Of a stretch of 64,000 nucleotides of DNA, positions 50,889 to 62,169 are shown piece after piece. Both the position numbers and the translations under genes were made by a program. This DNA comes from an uncultured Acidobacteriota bacterium (GTDB taxonomy: Bacteria; Acidobacteriota; Thermoanaerobaculia; Gp7-AA8), in NCBI GenBank assembly GCA_963822445.1, contig CAWGHO010000001.1, positions 704,001 through 768,000 of the forward strand. The letters are read 5' to 3'. Numbering within the stretch: the first letter of the stretch is position 1; each line of letters opens with the position of its first letter. A model generated the notes under the pieces. It worked only from the letters and a program-made list of their open reading frames with translations, searched no databases and had not been told where the DNA came from.

Positions 50889-50965
50889 GGTTTCGGGGTT
50901 ACGAGGTTACGGGGTTTCGGGGGGAAAGCCACCTCGGAACCCCGTAACCTCGCAACCCCGAAACC
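50889..50965. repeat. Palindrome built from 8-bp tandem units (GGTTWCGR)
   Basis: GGTTTCGG GGTTACGA GGTTACGG GGTTTCGG followed by the inverted copy. Confidence 0.75.
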
Positions 50966-50966
50966 A

Positions 50967-52670
50967 TCACGACACAACGACCCGCCGGGACCGCGACTGC
51001 TCGACCTCGGCGTCCCCCGTCGACAACTCCTCCTGCGGGTGCGCGAAGTAGTAGCCCTGCAGGAGGTCGATGCCGAGGTCGCGGCAGGTCTGGTACTCCT
51101 CCTCGGTCTCGATCCCTTCGGCGAGCGTCTTCGCGCCGACCTTGTTGCCGAGATCGACCAGCATCTTCACGAGGTCCTGCTTGATCGGCTCGTCGGCGAG
51201 CGTGGAGACGAGGCTCTTGGTGATCTTCAGGTAGTCGGGCGACAGGGCGGCGATCGCTTCGAGCGACGCGTATCCCGAGCCGGCGTCGTCGATGGCCATC
51301 TCGATGCCCTTGGCGCGGAACTCCGCAAGCAGCTCGCGGAACACGGCGTAGTCCTCGATCGCGGCGCGCTCGGTCAGCTCGAAGACGAAGTGGCCGCTGT
51401 GCTCCGCGAAGAACGACACCATCTCGTGAATGCGGAACTCCGACTCCCCGAACATCTCCGCCTCGAGATTGAGCAGGAACTTGCGATCGAGCAGATCGAC
51501 CTGCCGCAGCCGCTTCAGCGCCCCTTCCAGCGCGATCGCCTCGAGCGCCCAGGCCAGTTTGGCCTCGCGGGCGAAGGAGAAGAGCATGTCCGAGTTGCGG
51601 AACGACGAGTTGGCGGGGCCGCGCGTGAGGATCTCGTAGCCGAAGACCGCAAGGTTGTGCGCCCAGACGATCGGCTGGAAGAGCGTGGTTACGCGCTTGC
51701 GGCGGATGATGTCGCGCAGCTCGCGGATGAGCTGCTTCTTGCGCTGCTGCTCCGCGTCACGCACCGCGTCCGCGGCGGTCTGCATCCCCGTGTAGACCTG
51801 GCGCTCCAGACGGATCTGCGGGCGGTAGTCGATGCGCGCCGAGCCGACGAAGAAGCCGATCTGGCCGGCGTGCAGATTGGGGAAGCGCTGCCGCGTCGAG
51901 TCGATGAGCTTCTGCCGCAGGTCGTTGGCGACCTTCTCGGAGGCGTTCTCCGCCGACTAGGTCCTGTCCGCGGGTCTCGTGAGAAAACGTAAAAGCTCGA
52001 GCCGCCCGTGCGATGGCAGGTCACGATCGCGTTGTGAAACCGCATCGTCGCCTCGGCCGAAATGATCTGGCCGACGTGGCAGAGCAATTCGTCGAAGAAC
52101 GCCCAGCCGTACTCCGCCTCGATCGCCTTCGAACTGCTCGATGTCGATGAAGACGATGCCGATCTCCCCCTGATCGATGAGGATCTCTTTGACGCGATCG
52201 AGCACGATCGGAAGCGTGGGGAGGGCGGTGGCGCGGTCGAGCAGCATCGACTCGAGCGCCGTGCGGCCGGCCTGCACTTCTTCGCTGCGATCTTCGTGGA
52301 CGCGCGCGAGCACGGTCTGCACGCGCTTGAGGACCTCGTCGCGATCGAACGGCTTGACCAGATAGTCGTCGGCGCCGACCTGCAGACCGGTCAGACGGTC
52401 CTTCACGTCGCCGCGGCCGGTGACGAGGATGACGCCGATGTGCGAGGTGCGCTGGACGGTCTTGAGGGCCTGGCAGACTTCCCAGCCGCTTCGCTTCGGC
52501 ATCATGACGTCGAGCAGCACGACGTCGGGAAGGCGCGTCTGGGCGAGGGCCAGTGCTTCCTCGCCGTCGCGCGCGAGCAGGATCTCGCAGTCCAGCGGCC
52601 GGAGAAACATCCGCAGCAGAAGGGCAACTTCTTCGTCATCGTCGGCAATGAGCACGACCGGCGCGGACAT
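50967..52670 (-). CDS. Response regulator with degenerate GGDEF-like region and EAL domain (apparent frameshifts near 52125 and 51960)
   Basis: REC IADDD/LDVMMP/KPF; EAL motifs YEILTR, FELTE, IDDAGSGYAS, AEGIE, QGYY. Confidence 0.8.
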
Positions 52671-52769
52671 ACGTTGACTGGGGATGATTGCGGAAAACAG
52701 GCCATCTGTCATCCCGAACCGGGTGTGCTAACGTTGCCGGCTCCCCGGTCGGCGGGGAGAGAGCAGGCA

Positions 52770-54189
52770 ATGATCAGATTCGGGACCTCCGGGTGGCGCG
52801 GCATCATCGGCGAGGACTTCACGTTCGAGAACGTCCGCATCGCCAGCCAGGGCATCGCCAACTACCTCAAGAAAAGCGGCCAGAAGGGATCGGGCGTCAT
52901 CGTCGCGTACGACACGCGCTTCCTCTCCGAGAAGTTCGCGTCCGAGGCGGCGAAGATCCTGGCCTTCAACGACATCAAGGCCTTCCTCTGTACGCGCGAC
53001 GTCCCCACGCCGTGCGCCTCGTTCGAAACGGTCCGGCGCCGCGCCATGGGCGCGATCAACTTCACCGCCTCGCACAATCCTCCCGAATACAACGGCCTGA
53101 AGTTCTCGACGCTCGAACGGCGCGCCGGCGCTCCCCGAGATCACCGAAGCAGATCGAGCGCGAGATCCACGCCGTCCAGCAGAAGAACGAGCGCCTCGAC
53201 GTCTACGAGAAAACGGAGCTGATCGAAGAGATCGACCCGAAAGACCGCTACCTCACCGAGCTGCGGTCAGAAGGTCGACGTCGACGCCATCCGCAAGTCC
53301 GGGCTGCGCATCGCCATCGACTCGCTGTACGGCACCTCGCGCGACTACCTCGACTACTTCCTGCTCGAGGCGGGCATCGAGGTGAAGACCATCCACAACT
53401 ATCGCGACCCCTACTTCGGCGGATTCTCGCCGGAGTGCAGCGAGAAGAATCTCGGCGAGCTGCGCAAGGTCGTCGACCGAGGAGAAATTCGACCTGGGCC
53501 TGGCCACGGACGGCGACGCCGACCGCTTCGGCATCATCGACGACCGCAATCGCTTCGTCGCCGCCGAACACGATCCTCGCTCTGCTCGCGGTGTACCTGA
53601 AGCGCGATCGCAACATCCCGGGCGGCCTGGCGCGCTCCGTGGCGACGACGCACCTCATCGACGCGATCGCCAGAAGCTCGACGTCCCGCTGTACGAGACG
53701 CCGGTCGGCTTCAAGTACATCGGCGAGCTGATTCTCGACAGACAAGATCGCCCTCGGCGGCGAGGAATCGGCCGGCATGTCGATGTACCGCCATCTGCCG
53801 GAGAAAGACGGCATCCTGGCCTGCCTGCTCGTGGCGGAGATGGTCGCGCGCACGCGGCAAGAAGATCAGCGAGCTCATCGACGAGATGCACGCGGAGTTC
53901 GGCTACTTCTACTCGAAGCGCGTCGACCTCAAGCTCACGCCGCAACTGAAGGAATCGCTGGCCGACGAAACTGGCCAATCCGCCCAAACAGCTCGACGGC
54001 ATGGCAAGTCCGCGAGCGTGAACACGACCGACGGCGTGAAGCTGATCTTCGACGATAACACCTGGCTGCTGTTCCGCCTCTCGGGCACCGAGCCGGTGGC
54101 GCGCATGTACGCCGAGGCGTGCAGCGCCGAAGGACCTGAAGCACTTGCTCGACGTCGGGCCGGAAGTTCGTCGCGCCGTCACGCACTGA
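52770..54189 (+). CDS. Phosphoglucomutase/phosphomannomutase family protein (several apparent frameshifts)
   Basis: FGTSGWRG, TASHNP, DGDADR, GGEESAG, RLSGTEP spread over frames. Confidence 0.85.
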
Positions 54190-54194
54190 GACGC

Positions 54195-54540
54195 ATGAAC
54201 TATCCGTTTCGAAAAGCTCTTCCTCGTCTGCACCGGTGCGCGCTGCAACGACGAGAAGCATGGCGAGGAGCGCGGGGAATGCATCCGCGAAGAGCTGAAG
54301 GGCCACAACAAGAAGCTGGGCCGCAAGCCGACCGTGCGGGTCTGCGCCGTCTCCTGCCTCGACCTCTGCGATCACGGCCCGAACATGGTGGTCGACGGCA
54401 CGGTTTACTCGCATCTGAACATCGAGAAAGCACGCGCGGCATACGCGGGCGTGATGGGCGACGGGCCGCCGCGGCCTGATCTCGAGCTCGATCGCGCCGA
54501 GTTCGAAGCCGGTACATCCGCGGCCGTGAAGCGGACGTAA
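54195..54540 (+). CDS. Thioredoxin-like (2Fe-2S) ferredoxin (one apparent frameshift)
   Basis: VCTGARC...SCLDLCDHGPNMVV. Confidence 0.7.
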
Positions 54541-54547
54541 GCGAGTC

Positions 54548-55122
54548 ATGCGACCGTATCTGGTTCTGATCGCGCTCGTTTCCTTCCGCCTCTCCGCGCA
54601 AACCTTCGTCGCTTTTCCGTTCACGCCGTTGGCGGCCAGAGCCTGAAGACCTGGCACGGCCAGGCCGACGTGCAGTGCGCTGAACATCGAGATCAGCGCG
54701 CATTGAGCCGCGAGACGGAACTCGCGTCGTGTTTCGCCGATGTACGATCCGCCAGCCGCGGAGCTGGTTCGGCGATCAGTTCGGCGACGGCAACGAGAGC
54801 GTGTCGGCGCTATCGGCGGTCGCTGCTCCTGCGCCGCCGTTTCTTCGAGCCGTCGACTCGCGCGGCAGTTCTACGGCGAGGTCGGCACGGGACCGATGTG
54901 GGCCAGAAGGCCGAGTTCCCGCGTCCACGTCGCGCTTCAACTTCATCAGCCAGGTCGGTGCGGGAGTGGTGCTGCTGCCGCAGAGTCGCACACCCATCGT
55001 GCTCGGCTACCGCTTCGGCCACATCTCGAACGGCGGCTACTCGCCGCGGAATCCCGGGATTGAACGTCTCGTCGCTGGTGATCGGGACGCGCTTCAGAAG
55101 CGCCACGTCGCGCCGCCGCTGA
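54548..55122 (+). CDS. PagL-like acyloxyacyl hydrolase (frameshifted read)
   Basis: Signal peptide; FNFISQVGAG, YRFGHISNGG, NPG. Confidence 0.7.
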
Positions 55123-55698
55123 CGATCATCGGATCGAACGAGACGCCGAGGGCAGCACGACCCCGGACGTTCGTCGCGGATGATCTCCGTCTCCGCCTCG
55201 AGCGGCATGTACGACAACGCCGAGCTCGAGGAAGATCCGCGGCCAGAACCGATAGCGCAGGCCGGCCTCGACCGAGGAAGGTCGTCTCGTTGTCGAAGGT
55301 CCATCGGATGTCGTCGCCGAATTGATCGTCGAGATTGCCGATGACGACCAACGCCGCGCCGCCGCCCGCGAACGCGCTAAGCTTCGATTGCGGCCGGAAG
55401 TGGTAGCGCGCGCTCACGGAGTAGATGTCGAGACCGAGCGTGCCAGGTCGATGGCTCGGCGTTCTCGGGCCGGAGAATGGCCACGGGATTCGATGAACGT
55501 CGCCGGCGAGCTGCGTCGAGAAGCGTCGCGTCCAGAAGACCTCCGCCGGTCGCCGAGAAGCCGCGGCTCGTGCGGATGTCGAGCGCGCCGCCGTCGAATC
55601 GCCTCGCGGTCATCAGGACGAGATGGCGCACGCCGAGCTCGAAATCGGCGGCAGGCAGCCGCCGAACCACGAGCGAGGCAGGATGAGAACAGCCGCAT
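55094..55698 (-). CDS. OmpW-like outer-membrane beta-barrel (frameshifted read)
   Basis: ARYHF...FAGGGA, ends DPMIVSGGATWRF. Confidence 0.6.
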
Positions 55699-55699
55699 T

Positions 55700-56628
55700 T
55701 CATTCGAACAGTGTATCCACGTACGCCTGGGGGTCGAAGGGGATCAGATCGTCCGCCGCCTCGCCGACCCCGACGAATTTCACCGGAATGTCGAACTGCC
55801 GCATGATCGAGAGGATCACGCCGCCCTTGGCCGTGCCGTCGAGCTTCGTCACCACCATCCCCGTGACCTTCGCCGCCTCCAGGAACGCCGCGGCCTGACT
55901 GACGCCGTTCTGGCCGGTCGTGCCGTCGAGAACGAGCAGCGTCTCGTGCGGCGCGCCCGGGCGGTCCTTGTCGATCACGCGATGGATCTTGGAGAGCTCC
56001 TGCATGAGGTGCGATTTGTTGTGCAGGCGGCCGGCGGTGTCGATGATGACCACGTCCGCGCCGCGCGATTTCGCGGCCGCGACGGCATCGTGCGCGACGG
56101 CGGCCGGATCGGAGCCGGCCTTGTGCTTCACGAGCGGCACGCCGATGCGGTCGGCCCACATCTGCAACTGCTCGATCGCCGCGGCGCGGAACGTGTCCGC
56201 CGCGCCGAGGACCACGCTCTTGCCTTCGTTCTTCCAGCGCTGCGCGAGCTTGGCGATGGTGGTGGTCTTGCCGGTGCCGTTCACGCCGACGACGAGGATC
56301 ACGAACGGCTTGGCGTCGCGAGATGTCGATCGTCGCGGCCTGCCGCTGCGGGATGAGCGCGCGCGTCTCCTCGCGGACGACCTCGCGTGAGGCGGTCCAT
56401 CGTCGTGATCTGCTCGTCGCGAACGCGCGCTCCACGCGCTCGACGAGCGCCATGGTCAGCTCCGCGCCGACGTCGGCGCCGAGGAGCCCTTCTTCCAGCC
56501 CGTCGATGGCGGACTTGATCGATCGGAAGATCGGGAGTCAGCGACTCCTTCACCTTCTCGATGATCTCGGTGTGGGTCATGAACAAGCCGCGTTTCAGCT
56601 TGTCGAAGAGGGATTTGTTGGTTCGCAT
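55700..56628 (-). CDS. ftsY: Signal recognition particle receptor FtsY (frameshifts in N-terminal part)
   Basis: [32 protein letters not shown]. Confidence 0.92.
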
Positions 56629-56654
56629 TGGTTTCGGCAGTCTCAAGTCGAGTC

Positions 56655-57744
56655 TCAGGACGGGTCTCCTTGTTCGCGGGCGGCGATGGCGATCTTCGCT
56701 CTGCACCATGTCCCTCGTCGATGGTCAGCGCACCATCTCCTCGTCACGTCGCCGGCATGCGGCTCGAACTCGAGGTCGCGGATGATGCGGCGGTAGGTCT
56801 CGCGCAGGGCGCGGGCGCCGAGGCGGTTCTGGCGCGAGGCGTCCCAGGCGATGGCGATCAGCGCACCGCGGGTGATCTGCAGATCGATGCCGAAGCGGCG
56901 GAAGTAGTCGCGCGACGTGCGGAAGATCGAGCCTTCCGGCTCGACGAAGATCCTCGCCAGGTCCGCTTCGCCGAGGTCATTCAGCACCACGATCGACTCG
57001 AAGCGGGAGACGAACTGCGGCGTCATGCCGTAGCGGAAAAGGTCGTCGTACTTGAGGTAATCGCCGAGGTGGAACGGCAACTCCTCGCGCACTTCGCCCG
57101 ACGCCGAGACGACGACGACCGGCTTCATCGGCACGACGTCCTGCCCGATCGTGGCGCGGCGCAGCACGCTTTCGTAGAGCTCTTCGAACGCGCCGCCGGC
57201 GACGAAGAGGATGTGCGAGGAGTTGATGACGAACGTCCAGCCGTCGGCCTCGAACTCGACGTTCTCGTTCTCCATCAGCGTCAGCAGCGCTTCCTGGGCC
57301 ACGATGCCGCGCACGTTCGGCTCGCCGCTGACGTTCGCGCGGATCTTGTCCACCTCGTCGATGAAGACGATGCCGCGCTCGACGGCGCGAATGATCTCGT
57401 CCGGCGTCGCGCCCGGCCGAGCGTCTTCTTGCGCGTTCTGCGTAGAGGCGGCCGAGGACGACCTTGCCGTAGCCCTGGCGCTCCTCGGCCAGCACGTTCG
57501 CGTTGAGGCGGACGACGTTCGCGTAATCGCGCAGGCTCCGGGTCGTGGCGAGGAACTGCTCGACCGCGCGCATGAGCGTGGTCTTGCCCGAGCCCGAGTT
57601 GCCGATCAGGAGGATGTTCGGCGCCGGATGCCCGACCAGGTGCTTGACCAGCGCGACCGAGATCTCGCGGATGGCGTCGTCCTGCCCGACGACGGACTTG
57701 CGCAGCTCCTCGAAGATGTCCTTCGGGCGGAGGGGGAAATCCAT
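56655..57744 (-). CDS. ClpX-like AAA+ ATPase (frameshifted read)
   Basis: VVGQD, GNSGSGKT, IDEVDK, QEALL, GGAF, LGARAL. Confidence 0.78.
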
Positions 57745-57747
57745 GAA

Positions 57748-57820
57748 ATGCAGGATGCAGAATGCAGAATGCAGAAGCAACCCCTCGGCGCTCTGCATTC
57801 TGCGTTCTGCATCTGCATTT
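57748..57820. repeat. Palindrome of 7-bp tandem units (ATGCAGA / TCTGCAT)
   Basis: ATGCAGG ATGCAGA ATGCAGA ATGCAGA ... TCTGCAT TCTGCGT TCTGCA TCTGCAT. Confidence 0.75.
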
Positions 57821-57822
57821 CG

Positions 57823-58440
57823 TCAGGTCACAAACGAAAATCCCACCGCCACGAGCAGCACGACGAGCACCGCCACCGCCACCCACATCGCCTGCACGGT
57901 CGGCCGGTGCATGTTCACCGTCTCGCGGCGCTCGCCGAGGAGGTACTGGAGGTATTCGACGCGGGGGTTGATCACGCCGACCTTGTCCTCCAGGTTCGGG
58001 TAGACACCTGGTTGATGCCGGGGACGATCATCACGGGGATGAACGTCGCGCCGCCGGTGCGGGTGATGTAGTCGGTGAGCGGTCTCGTTGTGGGGAACGT
58101 CGCTGGTCGTCGACCAGGCAGTGATAGACCGTCGTGGCCTGCAGGACCGACAGCGCTTTCTGCACGGGGTCTTCGCGCCGTAGGTCTGCACGACCGACTC
58201 CGAGGTCTGGCGCAGCATGCGCTCGTTGAGGTCCGGGACGCGGGTGAAGATGAAGACCGTCTCGCCTTTCGTCAGCGGAAGCTTCTCCGGGCGGCGGTAG
58301 ATGATCTCTCCGTACTCGTCCCACCACTCGGGACCCTGTTCGGTGGTGAATCCCTCTTCGGCGAGGCGATCCATCAGACGAAGGACGGGATCGCTCCCCT
58401 CCGGCGACTCGATCGGCTTCTCAGCTTTGAGCTCTTGCAT
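57823..58440 (-). CDS. Hypothetical protein with C-terminal TM (frameshifted read)
   Basis: Plausible coding sequence at both ends; hydrophobic C-terminus. Confidence 0.65.
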   Translation of the reverse strand: MQELKAEKPIESPEGSDPVLRLMDRLAEEGFTTEQGPEWWDEYGEIIYRRPEKLPLTKGETVFIFTRVPDLNERMLRQTSESVVQTYGAKTPCRKRCRSCRPRRSITAWSTTSDVPHNETAHRLHHPHRRRDVHPRDDRPRHQPGVYPNLEDKVGVINPRVEYLQYLLGERRETVNMHRPTVQAMWVAVAVLVVLLVAVGFSFVT

Positions 58441-58792
58441 ATTTGTTGACGAGGCGAATCAGGTCCTCGAATTCAAAAGGTTTGCCCATGTAGTCGTCGG
58501 CGCCGCAAACGCGCGCCTTCTCGGCGATGTCGCGGTCGCCGGAGACGACGACGTACGGGATGTTCTTCGTTTCGGGCGTCGATTTGAGCGTGCTGCACAA
58601 CTGCTCGCCGCCCATCCCCTTGATGGTCAGGTCGGCGAAGATCATCGCCGGCTTGCACTTCATGCGCGCGGTCGAGCGCGGCTCTGGCCGTCGGCCACGA
58701 CGCTGCGACTCGTAGCCGTTGCGCTGCAGGACCAGCGAGATCAGCCGCGCGACCTGCGGGTCATCTTCGACGACGAGGATCACAATGCGCAT
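58421..58792 (-). CDS. Single-domain response regulator (CheY-like)
   Basis: LVVEDD, IFADL, VVSG, GADDYMGKPF. Confidence 0.82.
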   Translation of the reverse strand: MRIVILVVEDDPQVARLISLVLQRNGYESQRRGRRPEPRSTARMKCKPAMIFADLTIKGMGGEQLCSTLKSTPETKNIPYVVVSGDRDIAEKARVCGADDYMGKPFEFEDLIRLVNKYARAQS

Positions 58793-58794
58793 CC

Positions 58795-59281
58795 TCAGAA
58801 ATCGAAGCGCACCCGCACGCCCTTGCGCGCGTGACCCAGCGCCGCGCCGGCGAGCGCGCCGAGCGCCGTTGGCGATCGTGTCCGGCAGCGACGGTGACGC
58901 GCGTCGGCAGGTAACTGCTGCCAGAGTACATGGCCCGGCGAAGACGAGCGCCGCCACGAAGGTGATCGTGTAGGTGCGAGCCCGCGGACGCGAGCGGCGA
59001 GTCGAGCGCGACGAACGCCAGAAAGCCCCACGGAACGAAGAGGAGCATGTTCGCGATGGCCGGCATCAGCGAAGGCCAGCAGTGCGTCGCGCGAGACGGG
59101 CCCGCGTCGACCCGAGCCGAGGACGCGCGCCAGGATGTCGCGGACCGGATGGGCGTCCGGCGGCGTAGGCCTTCCCCGAGAGGAAGTAGAGCAGCGAGGC
59201 CATGGCGACGGTGGTCAGCACGAGCAGGGCGAAGGTCACGCCCTTGCGCACCACGATCACGTGAACCTGCCGTTTTCCCAT
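58795..59281 (-). CDS. VanZ-like membrane protein (frameshifted read)
   Basis: ANMLLFVPWGFL and DTIAN...GAL.GA motifs in different frames. Confidence 0.65.
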
Positions 59282-59389
59282 GGCCCGGGATTATGCGACG
59301 CATCGTCTCGCGACCGATTGCCAGTTTCATGCACGACTCGGAAGTCGCTAAAATCTCAATAACTTGCACCTATCCCCCTCGGTCCACAT

Positions 59390-62169
59390 CGCCCCGTATC
59401 GATAGATCGCCGCCACCGTTGCCGAACGCCTCCTCGCCGCGCGCGGGAAATGACGTTCTGCGCCCCTGGGCAGAGGAGGTGATCGTGCCGTCGCGGGGGA
59501 TGGCCGAGGCGATCACCGCGGAGGTGCTGGCGCGGGTTCCGGACGGGGTTGCGGCGTTGCAGATCCGTTTCATCGACGAGCTCGCGCGCGCCGTCGTCAA
59601 CGCTTCCGGGGCAATTCCGCGCGTGGCCACGGACATCGAGCGCCGTCTGGCGATGCGCATGGCCATGCGCAACGTCGACCATCCGCTGATGGAAGGGCCG
59701 CGGCGTCGCGGCGATGCTCGAACGGTCCTATCGCGACGTTCGGGACAGCGGCCTGACCCTGCGACCGAGTTCGCGCTCCCGTGCAAAGAGCGGCACGCGC
59801 ATCAAGGTCGTCATCCGGCGCGCCTGGACGCGAGTACGAGCGTTTGATCGCGTCGTTCGGGGCGATCGATCGCGGCAGATCTGCTCTGCGCGGGCTTCTC
59901 GCCGCGGAGTGAAGCCGCAGTTGCTGGCCGGCTTCTACGACATGACCGGAGCGCAGCTGGCGTTTGTGAAGTCGTTTCGCCGCTGGCGGCGGATTTGCGT
60001 GCCGACGGACATGCCGTTTGCTGAGAGGTTCTCTGTTCGGAGTGCGGCGGCTCTGCCGACCGCTTTCGAAAGCGGCGGCAGAGCCACCGCACTCCAAATC
60101 GGCATTACGATACTCGCTACTCATGAGCTGCGCGAGCGTCTGCGCCGAGGTCGCGAGCTCTCGAGCAACCACGGGCGAGACGAGATCGGCATCGTCGCCC
60201 GCTCCTTCGACCATACGACGCAAACCTCCTGAACCGCTTCGCCGAGGAAACGGCTTCGCGACCACGCTGAAGGAAGAGACCCGCTCTCCGCGCATCGCAT
60301 CGGCCGCGGCGGCACTCAACCTGCTCCGACTGACGAGATCGCGGTTTCCTGCGCGGCGAGGTGCTGGAGCTCGTTCGCGACGGCCTGCATCTGCGCACGC
60401 AACTCGAGCGTCGATGACGTCGACGTGGCCACGCGCCGCGCACCGCATCGCCGGCGGCACGTCCGAGGAGCTGCGCCGTGCTCCGCAATCGCTCCCGAGC
60501 CATCGACGACTACATCGCCCTGGTCGAGGAGCTCGAAGACGCTGACCGCCGACACTCGACCTCGACCCGCCTGGGCAGCCTCGTTCCGCATCGAGACGCG
60601 AGCGAAGATCTCGCCGCCGCGGAGAAGCCTCGACGAGATCGCCGCGGTCTTCGATCCGCGCGAACGCCGCTCTCGCGACACGGACGTCAGCTCATCGACG
60701 CCATCGAACAGGCAACGATCCCCGCCCGCTGACGCACTGCGCCACTGCGCCGCTGATCTGGGCCGGCGAGCGTGCTCCGCTTCCGCGGCCGCACGTTCAC
60801 GCATCTCTTCGTCGTCGCGCATGCAGGACGACGTCTTCCCGCAGCGCCGCACCGAAGACCCGCTGCTCCCCGACTCCGACCGCGCCCTCCTCGGCGTCCG
60901 CGAGATCGGCGACGGCGAGGCGACGAGGAGCGGCTGCTCTTTCGCTGCTCGCTCGATGCCGCGCCGACACGTGCACTTCTACGTACGCGACGGGGGACGG
61001 GTTCGGGAAGGTGTTGCGGGCGTCGCGGTACTTGAGAGCCGTCACCGGTGGAGCGGCGGGCCGCAGCCACGGCCGCGCGATCGACTGCGCGGCCGGCGCT
61101 ACAGCGCCGCCAACTCCAACTCCTGCGCAAAGTCCGGCACGCACGTCGAGTCTTCGACGGCTACATCGGCCCGCCTCGCCGCGAGCGTCGAACCGCAAGC
61201 TGCGCGTCTCCCCCACCCAGCTCGAGGACTTCGGCGAGTGTCCGCAGAAGTTCCTCCTCAAGCACATCCTCGGCGTGACAGACATCGACCACCCCGAGCG
61301 CGAGATGCAGATCCATCAGCGCGACAAGGGCACGCTCGACCACCGCGTGCTCGAACGCTTCTACCGCGGCCTGACAGATGAGGATCGCGCCGCGGCGACG
61401 CTTTCCTTGCCGCGTCTTCCCGAACACTCGAGCAGCGCCTCGACCAGCTCATCGACGAGGAGTTCGACAATCACGAGACCGACGTCCCCGCGTTCAACCA
61501 GCACCATTCGCGGCATCGAGCGGCGCGCGACGAAGCGCATGCTGCGCGAGTTCGTGATCGCCGACCTCGCCGATCTCGAGGCGCAACGAGCTCGCGCCGC
61601 AGCCACTTCGAGTACCGCTTCGGCAGCGAAGTCTCGAAGCGGCGCGCCGAACCATCCGTCCAGCCGTTCATCGTCGAGCGCGGCGGCGTGGCCGTGCGCG
61701 TCGAGGGGACGATCGACCGCATCGACGTCGGCCGGACGCGCTTCCGCATCGTCGACTACAAGTCCGGCAAGGCCCTGCGCCACGACAACCTCGCCGAGAA
61801 GATCGATCGCGGCGTGCGGCTGCAGCTCGCGCTCTACGCCATGGCCGTGCGCTCGAGATCTTCGGCGTCGACCCGGCGCACGTCAGCGGCGACGATCAAG
61901 CCGATCGTCATGGGCGAACTCAAGCCGGAGAAGTTCGCCTTCGCGCTGCACGAAAAACAGCGACGCGCTGCTCGAGACGCTCGGAGATCTTCACGCGCGC
62001 CATCCTCGACCGGCCGCTTCCCCGCCTTCCCGAACGAGAACGACCGAGTTCAACTCCTGCAAGTACTGCCCGGTGAACCACTCCTGCCGGACGAAGCACG
62101 ACCTCGACGAGCGCTACGCCGTCCAGCAGCAAAGGACCCGCGCACGCTCCTCGGCGGCGGCGCGCGTGA
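59390..62169 (+). CDS. AddB/RexB-like PD-(D/E)xK nuclease subunit (many apparent frameshifts, start approximate)
   Basis: SPTQLE...CP, GTLDHRVLE, GTIDRID, IVDYKSG, LQLALYA, CKYCPVNHSC Fe-S staple. Confidence 0.75.
60036..60098. repeat. REP-like element inside the addB-like gene
   Basis: GGAGTGCGGCGGCTCTGCCG...AAAGCGGCGGCAGAGCCACCGCACTCC; same family as 29657-29766. Confidence 0.75.
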
